64,000 nucleotides of DNA from an uncultured Planctomycetales bacterium (GTDB lineage Bacteria > Omnitrophota > Gorgyraeia > Zapsychrales > Fredricksoniimonadaceae), in contig CAYTIW010000008.1 of NCBI GenBank assembly GCA_964438075.1, forward strand, positions 5,359 to 69,358, read 5' to 3'. Both the position numbers and the translations under genes were made by a program. This document shows positions 57,014 through 64,000 of the stretch, piece by piece. A model generated the notes under the pieces. It ran no database searches and was not told where the DNA came from. It saw only the letters and a list, made by a program, of their open reading frames with translations. How positions within the stretch are numbered: position 1 is the first letter of the stretch; each line of letters opens with the position of its first letter.

Positions 57014-58462
57014 TTAATCACCGCTAACAATAAAACGGAATACTTGCCCCCCAGCGGTAAAAAGCCTGATAAACTCCGCCCAACTGCGTATTCTAGCAAG
57101 CCGCTTTAATATATAACTTGGCCGCATATAAAATCGGCGATAACCTTCTTGGACATACTGCTCAAGCCTTCCCTGCTCAAGTTTTGTAAAAATTTTTGAG
57201 AAAGACGCGTTGGTGTGTATTGAACGGATATCAATGCCTGTTCCGTCACCGAAACTTGGATCGACAGCCAAAACCTGGCGATAAATTTCAGTCCCGGGAT
57301 AGGGGGTCATTATTCCATAAGTAATAGTTGAAGGCTGAATTTTATTAATGAAAGCGAATGTTTTCTTTATTGTCTCGTCAGTTTCGCCTGGCATTCCTAA
57401 CATCATATGGGCATGAGTATCAATCTTCAATTGTCTTGCCCAACGGAAAGCGTCTTCAACTTGTCCAATCTTTACATCCTTCTTAACATTATTCAAAATT
57501 TCTTGGACACCAGATTCTACCCCAATACGAATGAGCCGACATCCCGCCTCTTTCATTGCATTCAACATATCAAAAGATGCCGTACTTGCCTTTACACTAC
57601 ATATCCAAGAAACGTTAACTTTAGCATCTATGAATCTAGTGCAAATATCAAAAACACGCTTTTTATCAATAGTGAATGATTCATCTCTGTAAAAAATTTC
57701 TTTAAATCCAAGATCGCGCAGATATAACATTTCTTCAAACACATTCTGTGCCGATCGGGCGCGATACTTAGGACCGTAATAAGAAGGAGAGGTGCAAAAT
57801 GTACAACGGCTAGGGCATCCGCGGCTAGATAAAGCAGTCGTCCATTCAGAATATTTAACAATAGGATTATAATAAAAAACATTTTTAGATAAGAACGATC
57901 TGTCTGGAATTGGCAGCTCATCTAAATTATCAATATAAGGGTAATCCTGATTAATAATCACTTGGCCATCTTGGCGGAAACCGATACCAGGTACCTTTTT
58001 CCATTCGTCTCCCCCGTTACGTAAAGCTCTTACCAAATCGCGAATAACGTATTCCGACTCTTTACGAACGATAATATCCACCGAATTTCGTTTTAGCGCC
58101 TCATGCGGTAAAAAAGTCGCATGGGAACCGAACACAATGGTTTTTAAACGCGGATTCTTTTTCTTTAGGCACTCAAGAACCTCAGCATCTTCAGCGTAAC
58201 TCATGGTTGCTGAAATTAAGAAAACAACGTCATAATTTACAATCATTTTTTCGACATCAGCCAAGGTAAGGCCCTCACCTTGAGCGTCAAGAACATCAAC
58301 GGAGAAACCATCCTTTTTTAAAATGGTAGCTACATAAATTATCGGCAAAGGAGGAAATTGTACCCCAGCTATGCGGCGCCCCTTGCACCAACAACCCCAA
58401 AGCAGATCCCTGGCCACATTTTTACTGTATTTACTCGGCGGATTCAAACCTAATATTTTCAT
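57014..58462 (-). CDS. B12-binding-domain radical SAM enzyme (soluble)
   Basis: 482 aa. The N-terminal B12-binding-like region is PPLPIIYVATILKKDGFSVDVLDAQ...LISATMSYAEDA. The CX3CX2C motif is SSRGCPSRCTFCTSP. Confidence 0.85.
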   Translation of the reverse strand: MKILGLNPPSKYSKNVARDLLWGCWCKGRRIAGVQFPPLPIIYVATILKKDGFSVDVLDAQGEGLTLADVEKMIVNYDVVFLISATMSYAEDAEVLECLKKKNPRLKTIVFGSHATFLPHEALKRNSVDIIVRKESEYVIRDLVRALRNGGDEWKKVPGIGFRQDGQVIINQDYPYIDNLDELPIPDRSFLSKNVFYYNPIVKYSEWTTALSSRGCPSRCTFCTSPSYYGPKYRARSAQNVFEEMLYLRDLGFKEIFYRDESFTIDKKRVFDICTRFIDAKVNVSWICSVKASTASFDMLNAMKEAGCRLIRIGVESGVQEILNNVKKDVKIGQVEDAFRWARQLKIDTHAHMMLGMPGETDETIKKTFAFINKIQPSTITYGIMTPYPGTEIYRQVLAVDPSFGDGTGIDIRSIHTNASFSKIFTKLEQGRLEQYVQEGYRRFYMRPSYILKRLARIRSWAEFIRLFTAGGQVFRFIVSGD

Positions 58463-58608
58463 ATAATCTACTTTTTGATTAAATTATACCATAGTAAACA
58501 CTCAAACTTCATCCAAAACAAAGTCGAAATCGGTTAGAAATAATAACAAGAAAAAATAAACAAATCAGAAATAATACATTAATGATATTAAATTATTAGT
58601 CAAATAAA

Positions 58609-60450
58609 TTATTTATCGGCCTTAACCAATCTAGGCTTCCAAACTTTCACTATTTCGTTAGTAGCCGGCCAAATAAGTTGAGCTAGTAAAACATAATCTT
58701 TAGGAAAGTTAATATTATATTTCATGAGATTAGGCATGCCGGATAAATCATCCATCTTTTGCAATATTAAAGACTTAGCAATGGCTTCGCTGGAAATTAG
58801 AGAAAGCCCGAACTCGTTATATTCCTTATTGTGGTAAAGTGACATATATTTCCCCATATACCAAGGCACACCAGGAGATCGGCCACCTAGAATAAAAACG
58901 ACACCAGCCATATCAGTAAAGGCTAAAATATTATCACCGGGCTTAAAACCCGCCTCAGATGTTATTTGTTTAAGACTTACGAAAAAATCTGCCGTGGGCT
59001 TATCTAAGAAGATTCTCGAGTTAGATAATCCATAAGTTAATAGCTCGTTCTGAGCCAAGACATTGACATTGATTCCGTACGGAGAAATAATCGGTGCAGT
59101 AATAATCTGGGATGCAGCTGCCATACTGATTAGAGCGGGAATCATTTTATAAAACCAACAGGGCCAGATAGATTTAATATTATTAGTCCAAAACAAAAGG
59201 AACAAACAGAACCAAGGAGCAATGTTCATAACCACATTACGCATTATAGGGTTCCCAGTTCCAAAGGCTCCAATGTAAGGAAGTAAAAAAAGCATAAAAT
59301 AAAAAATGATCCTCTTTAGTCGGTCAGAAATCGAAAAATGGGGACTATTATCATGCCCAGCTCCTAGCCAGAACGAAATAGCCTTAATTAATGGCCCCAA
59401 AAAAAGTAATATTATCCACAACAAGAAAAAGACATACGCATCATAAAGGTGATGGAATCCACCCAGAAAACAATGAGCAATATAAGCATGGATCACAATG
59501 CTAAGAGTTACAATAAATAATGATATATATAGATATATTTTTTCTTTATCTTTCTTAAATTCAATCAAAAGTCTTGTAGCCAACAACAACAAGATTTCCC
59601 GTCTAAAAACAAATAAAGTTTCTTTTAGACTATAAAAGAATTCAGTGGCATGCCTCTTAAAGAAATTCATTGAATCTCCGCTGGTAATCAATATCGCGAC
59701 CCACCCGTTCAAAAAAGAATGGCGAAACCAGATATCTATATTTTCCATAAAAAGGAAGAAAAAAATGAATACTGTAATAAAACCAGATAAGAAAGACATT
59801 ATAGTCCAGAAAGAACTCCTTCCTGATGGAGCCGTAAATAATATCCACAAAAACGCGGTTAAAAATAACCCTGCAGCAGAAGTGATCTTGGAGAAAAATC
59901 CAATGGCTATTATCGCTCCCCAAAAGAAAGCCATTATGACTGAATAACGGATAGGGTTCAGCTTGTATTCCGATTGAAAATAAAAAAAAGAAATAAAGGC
60001 AGCGGAAAGATTAACTGCCCAAGCGATAGTCGCGTTATAACCGGGTGAATATATACCCCAGATGTAATACACTGCCGCCCCCAATCCGCCAAGAGCAGCG
60101 AAAGCAAATTCGGCCATTTTGGAATAACCGACCTCTATAGAATGGCTAACTGATTTATAAAATGCCCAACCAGCCAGCATGCCAGAAAAAATAAGTATAA
60201 GCATGCCTACTAACCGGATACCGTAGATATCGAAATTGACCATTTTAAATAAGGGATGAATAAAATAATATGCAGATGTTGCACAGACGAGAACATCTTT
60301 GGGGTGTTTTGAAGAAAGGAGATAAAGACCTTCATCCGTAATATCAATACCATGTCGAAAGAAAAATAATAGCGACAGGATGACAACGAAAAATGCCGAT
60401 ATTACCATTAAATACGGTAGGCAAGTAAGAAATCTATTTTTGTTTATCAA
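58609..60450 (-). CDS. Polytopic GT-C-like membrane protein with C-terminal soluble domain
   Basis: 613 aa. The first-loop acidic motif is GIDITDEGLYLL. At least 12 helices precede a soluble C-terminus of about 130 aa. TTG 60450 overlaps the upstream stop (TTGA). ATG 60408 is an alternative start. Confidence 0.55.
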   Translation of the reverse strand: MINKNRFLTCLPYLMVISAFFVVILSLLFFFRHGIDITDEGLYLLSSKHPKDVLVCATSAYYFIHPLFKMVNFDIYGIRLVGMLILIFSGMLAGWAFYKSVSHSIEVGYSKMAEFAFAALGGLGAAVYYIWGIYSPGYNATIAWAVNLSAAFISFFYFQSEYKLNPIRYSVIMAFFWGAIIAIGFFSKITSAAGLFLTAFLWILFTAPSGRSSFWTIMSFLSGFITVFIFFFLFMENIDIWFRHSFLNGWVAILITSGDSMNFFKRHATEFFYSLKETLFVFRREILLLLATRLLIEFKKDKEKIYLYISLFIVTLSIVIHAYIAHCFLGGFHHLYDAYVFFLLWIILLFLGPLIKAISFWLGAGHDNSPHFSISDRLKRIIFYFMLFLLPYIGAFGTGNPIMRNVVMNIAPWFCLFLLFWTNNIKSIWPCWFYKMIPALISMAAASQIITAPIISPYGINVNVLAQNELLTYGLSNSRIFLDKPTADFFVSLKQITSEAGFKPGDNILAFTDMAGVVFILGGRSPGVPWYMGKYMSLYHNKEYNEFGLSLISSEAIAKSLILQKMDDLSGMPNLMKYNINFPKDYVLLAQLIWPATNEIVKVWKPRLVKADK

Positions 60451-61586
60451 GCAGCCACTCGTTGATGAATAAATTCAAGAAGTTTATCCCTTATATAATC
60501 CACATGGACTTTCTCCATGCCTATCCAGAAAGGAAGACTTATGGTCATATTACCAATATTTTCCGCATTCGGAAAATTGCCATCCTTGAATGCAAACATA
60601 TTTCTATAATATTTCAATAAATGGATCGCTCGATAGTTTACCGTACATCCTATACCAGCAGAATTAAAGTGAAGAATAAGCTGATCCCGATAATGCATAT
60701 CTACAAAAATAGTGAACAGATGCAACGCGCTCTTAGAATGAGAATAAATTATAGGCATTATGATATGGGGGATTCCTTCAAGGGCCTCACGATATAAATC
60801 ATATAATTCCTTTCTCGAAAGCCAACGTTCATCAATTCGCGACAGCTGCGGCAACAGAAGCGCAGCCTGTATATTGCTCATGTTGTACTTCCAGCCTAGC
60901 TCTAGCATATCCCAATGCTTGTAATCCCCCTGATACCTGTCCGCGGCCTCCTTGCTCATACCATGTTGACGAAGTAAGCGTATCCGCTCTGACAGCTTAT
61001 GGTCATTAGTAGTAACTGCGCCGCCTTCTCCGCAAGTCAAATTCTTTGTTGCATAGAAACTAAAACACGCGGCATCTCCCAACAGTCCGGGCCGCACCCC
61101 ATCTCTCTCGCCCTCCACACAATGCGCACAATCTTCTACAATCTTAATTTGATAGCGATCTGCGATTTCTTTTATCGAACGCATATCACACATTTGACCA
61201 TAGAGATGAACAGGAATGATCGCTTTCGTATTCGGCGTAATCGCATCTTCAATCTTTCTATGGTCAATCAAACCCGTATCGGGTTCGACATCTACAAAAA
61301 CAGGTCGCGCTCCAACATGAAGAATAGCATTAGCGGTTGCAATAAAAGTCATTGGTGTAGTTATTACCTCATCTCCAGGCCCGATATCCAGAGCCAAGAG
61401 CGCTAAATGCAACGCGGCTGTACAAGAATTCAAACCTACAGAGAACTTTGAACCAAGATAATCAGCGAATGCACCTTCGAAATCTTTCACATACTGTCCC
61501 GACGTCAAGAAAATCCCATCCAAGCACTCGCACACAGAACGCTTTTCCGCCTCACCTAGATTGTGTTTAAAGAACTCTATTTTCAT
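60447..61586 (-). CDS. DegT/DnrJ/EryC1/StrS-family PLP-dependent sugar aminotransferase
   Basis: NSCTAALHLALLAL, DEVITTPMTFIATAN and FSFYATKNLTCGEGGA (PLP Lys). ATG 61586 follows AAGAAGG. The longer track ORF overlaps rfbB. Confidence 0.88.
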   Translation of the reverse strand: MKIEFFKHNLGEAEKRSVCECLDGIFLTSGQYVKDFEGAFADYLGSKFSVGLNSCTAALHLALLALDIGPGDEVITTPMTFIATANAILHVGARPVFVDVEPDTGLIDHRKIEDAITPNTKAIIPVHLYGQMCDMRSIKEIADRYQIKIVEDCAHCVEGERDGVRPGLLGDAACFSFYATKNLTCGEGGAVTTNDHKLSERIRLLRQHGMSKEAADRYQGDYKHWDMLELGWKYNMSNIQAALLLPQLSRIDERWLSRKELYDLYREALEGIPHIIMPIIYSHSKSALHLFTIFVDMHYRDQLILHFNSAGIGCTVNYRAIHLLKYYRNMFAFKDGNFPNAENIGNMTISLPFWIGMEKVHVDYIRDKLLEFIHQRVAA

Positions 61587-61614
61587 TAAGATACCTTCTT
61601 TAGATTTATCATTA

Positions 61615-62652
61615 TCAATGCTGTTCAATAATGCCATTTTCCGTTAATATAGGCACCGTACGCATCCACAATAGTTTCTCCCACCAGGATCGATTATTAC
61701 GATACCAATCTATTGTCATGCCGAGGCCGTCTTCAAAAGAATGTTCGGCCTGCCAACCTAATAAATCCTTAGCCTTTTCAGTTGAGGATATGTGTCTGGC
61801 TACTTGCCCAGGCCGGTTACCTATGTAATTTAATAAACCATGCGGCTTGTTTAATAATCCGATAACTTTAAGAGCAATATTCCCGATACTCTCTTCCCTC
61901 CCGGTACCTATATTTATAACCTGTCCTTTAATCTTATCAATATCCACATGTATTGCACGGTCTAAAGCTTTACAAGTATCGCCAACATACACCCAATCAC
62001 GAGTATTTTTCCCATCCCCGTGAATATTTAGTTTCTCATCCAATATCGCGCTTGTGACGAAACGCGGAATTACTTTCTCCAGATGCTGTGACGGCCCATA
62101 TTGATTAAAAGGCCTCAAAATAACAATTGGCAAGTGATAAGTCACCCAATAAGAATACATTAGTCTATCGGCACCACATTTTGCACTGGCATAAGGGCTA
62201 GTAGGATTAAGAGGATGATCCTCCGACATGGGATCAGTATAGGCGGTCCCATAAACTTCAGACGTCGATACATGTATGAAACGCTCAATACGTTTACGGT
62301 GTTTCAGAAGGTTACATGCCAATACTTGGCTACCCATGACATCAGTTTCAAAAAAGACCGTATCATCATATATCGAACGAGCCACATGTGTTTCCGCCGC
62401 CAAGTGCACTACAATGTCTGATTCTGACATCAACTTATCAACTAAATTCCCGTTGCGTATATTCCCATAAAAGAAATTAAACCTTTCTGAACTCTTGATC
62501 CCCTGAGAAAAATTTTCGGGATCACCCGCATATGTCAGGGCATCCAAGACACAAACTCTGTAGTTGGGATAATTGGAAAAGATATGTTTGACAAAATTAC
62601 TGCCAATGAACCCAGCTCCGCCAGTTATCAAAATAGTTTTTTTTACCGCCAT
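61615..62652 (-). CDS. rfbB: NDP-sugar 4,6-dehydratase (dTDP-glucose 4,6-dehydratase-like SDR)
   Basis: ILITGGAGFIGSNF, VSTSEVYG and YASAKCGADRL (YxxxK). ATG 62652 follows AAGGAGG. Confidence 0.8.
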   Translation of the reverse strand: MAVKKTILITGGAGFIGSNFVKHIFSNYPNYRVCVLDALTYAGDPENFSQGIKSSERFNFFYGNIRNGNLVDKLMSESDIVVHLAAETHVARSIYDDTVFFETDVMGSQVLACNLLKHRKRIERFIHVSTSEVYGTAYTDPMSEDHPLNPTSPYASAKCGADRLMYSYWVTYHLPIVILRPFNQYGPSQHLEKVIPRFVTSAILDEKLNIHGDGKNTRDWVYVGDTCKALDRAIHVDIDKIKGQVINIGTGREESIGNIALKVIGLLNKPHGLLNYIGNRPGQVARHISSTEKAKDLLGWQAEHSFEDGLGMTIDWYRNNRSWWEKLLWMRTVPILTENGIIEQH

Positions 62653-62690
62653 GCTTAATGCCTCCTTATTTATGCAATACTCAAATTGCC

Positions 62691-63311
62691 TCAATCTTTA
62701 AAACATTGCAAAATTGTATGTGTATAAGGTATGCGTAACATATCATGTCTGACATCACATTTGATCCGCTCGAAAGAAAGGGCGGCCAATTTATAATAGC
62801 CTTCCGCAGTGCGAACATTCTGACCGCGGTCTCTGGATATTATCCATCGCGCAATCTTTGATTGACCTTCCACAAATGTGCAATCAATAGTTATAAGCCT
62901 TCCCCCGACCTTGAGAGCCTTTTTGGCTAATTTGAATAGATGTTCAGATTCGCGATCATCTAAATGGTGCAATACCCCTATAGCCAAAACGACATCAAAA
63001 TATTCCGTCTCTTTTAAGTTTGAATCCGTTACCTTTTCACATAGAAAAGTTGCCTTACTTCCATACGCTTTTATTGCCGCCGCAATATAATCAGGGTCGG
63101 AATCAAATCCGTGGTATTCTACATCCGGCAAGAAATCTACCATTCTCCCCATGCCACAGCCGATATCTAAAACACGTTCGCGCGGTCGAGGGCAGATATA
63201 GTTATCGACCAAAACACGAGTGCCTTCGGCGCCCCCTAAGATATTAATAAATAATTTAAAGAGCGTCGGGTTGCCTAATAATGATCGCACACCACTGTTA
63301 TTTTGCGCCAT
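62691..63311 (-). CDS. Class I SAM-dependent methyltransferase
   Basis: Motif I is VLDIGCGMGRM, with DVVLAIGVLHHL. 206 aa. Confidence 0.8.
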   Translation of the reverse strand: MAQNNSGVRSLLGNPTLFKLFINILGGAEGTRVLVDNYICPRPRERVLDIGCGMGRMVDFLPDVEYHGFDSDPDYIAAAIKAYGSKATFLCEKVTDSNLKETEYFDVVLAIGVLHHLDDRESEHLFKLAKKALKVGGRLITIDCTFVEGQSKIARWIISRDRGQNVRTAEGYYKLAALSFERIKCDVRHDMLRIPYTHTILQCFKD

Positions 63312-63349
63312 TTAGTTCAAGACCACCAAATTCATGGTTTTTGATTAAT

Positions 63350-64000
63350 TTATTTTTTTGGAATAAAGCCAGAATATTCTTCTGCCGCAATTATTTTAAC
63401 TCCAGGAGGAATAATTATACGCTTCTTGTTAATTATAATGTCCAGACTCTCCTTACCATGATTGAACAATAAATCTAATACTGATAAATGTGAAATAAAA
63501 ATATCGCTGCCCCACCTTTTCTGATCATAATAAGGATGCTCGTAATTTTGCCATAGAACATCGATACCATGTTCCTTAAACATTCTTTTGTCTAAATATT
63601 CCTTTGCGGCATTTCCAGACAAATATTCATCAGCCTTAAAGAATCTGCATATTTCCAACAATCTATCACTCCTGGCGAAAGAACTATCAATTAGATCTGA
63701 AGAGAAAACAATCTTCCTGACAAGTCCGGTATAGCTAAGAAATGCATTAATAAAGCTCATGCAAATATTTATCAACCTGCTCTCTTTGGCTATTAATACA
63801 TTCTCGTACAAATGATAGATCTCATCAAAAAAAGGCGTTTTCTTATAATTCATTTCAATGGTCTTTAAGTGTAAGCGCCTCCAAGGGATTTCATCACGAA
63901 CCATAACATCTTTTATCAAAAGTTTCTGGCTAATCCTTTTGTTGTCCCGCACAGGTATAGTTAACCATCCTACGCCATTAGCTAAACGTATCCTGTTACG
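63350..64000 (-). CDS. WbqC-family protein (5' end beyond window)
   Basis: The track start at 63952 is a GTG. The frame stays open to nt 64000 and reads RNRIRLANGVGWLTIPVRDNKRISQKLLIKDV...W...HLKTIEMNYKKTPFF. This matches the WbqC pattern as I recall it. Confidence 0.7.
   Translation of the reverse strand, partial: RNRIRLANGVGWLTIPVRDNKRISQKLLIKDVMVRDEIPWRRLHLKTIEMNYKKTPFFDEIYHLYENVLIAKESRLINICMSFINAFLSYTGLVRKIVFSSDLIDSSFARSDRLLEICRFFKADEYLSGNAAKEYLDKRMFKEHGIDVLWQNYEHPYYDQKRWGSDIFISHLSVLDLLFNHGKESLDIIINKKRIIIPPGVKIIAAEEYSGFIPKK

Noticed and set aside
1-64000. Scan by eye for CRISPR arrays, tRNA/rRNA genes, IS elements, integrases, phage genes, toxin-antitoxin pairs and known defence-system genes
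   Set aside because: I found no repeat-spacer periodicity, no tRNA-like T-arm/acceptor patterns in the intergenic regions, and no ORF with transposase, integrase or nuclease-helicase signatures. A tRNAscan/Rfam/DefenseFinder run would be the decisive check.

Overview
This 64-kb window looks like part of an uncultivated, anaerobic, diderm bacterium. It holds no rRNA or tRNA, so I cannot place it taxonomically. I call 56 protein-coding genes, 52 of them on the minus strand. They are tightly packed, with many ATGA/TAATG start-stop overlaps. I also call two clear intrinsic terminators.

Layout:
(1) 1-8 kb is housekeeping and transport: a P-type ATPase cut by the window edge and missing from the ORF track, a GapN-like aldehyde dehydrogenase, CstA, an SGNH hydrolase and a K+/H+ antiporter.
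(2) 8-15.5 kb is a co-directional envelope-stress array: lipoprotein, GT-C-like protein, ECF sigma, ZAS anti-sigma, Spy/CpxP-like protein, HtrA and HtpG.
(3) 16.3-29.5 kb is a 13-gene type II secretion / type IV filament-like operon in the order gspE-F-G-H-I-J-K, a PilM/N-type GspL, a PilO/GspM-like protein, ExeA, a GspB/C-like protein and the secretin. It ends in an unusual polytopic-membrane B12-binding radical SAM enzyme.
(4) 29.7-37.2 kb holds TcdA, TatD and an arylpyruvate/arylacetate module: iorA, iorB and two PaaK+ACT pairs.
(5) 37.3-40.5 kb holds an ECF sigma with an 861-aa anti-sigma::vWA fusion.
(6) 40.8-43.5 kb holds ferredoxin and ilvBN, on the + strand.
(7) 43.6-64 kb is a visibly AT-richer accessory glycan island. 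It has five large polytopic (GT-C-like/DUF2079) membrane proteins, a polyprenyl-phosphate-type GT2, four SAM methyltransferases, a second B12-radical SAM enzyme, an AsnB amidotransferase and a WbqC/dehydratase/aminotransferase sugar-nucleotide block. I recognise no Wzx/Wzy/ABC exporter or initiating transferase in it.

The best candidates for something undescribed are the GT-C-dense island, the membrane-embedded radical SAM enzyme at the end of the secretion operon, and the anti-sigma::vWA fusion. I saw no CRISPR array, transposase, integrase or phage gene. The ORF track uses TTG/GTG as M, so I re-set several starts to an ATG with a Shine-Dalgarno (SD) sequence. All family assignments come from motifs I read in the translations. 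No database search was run.
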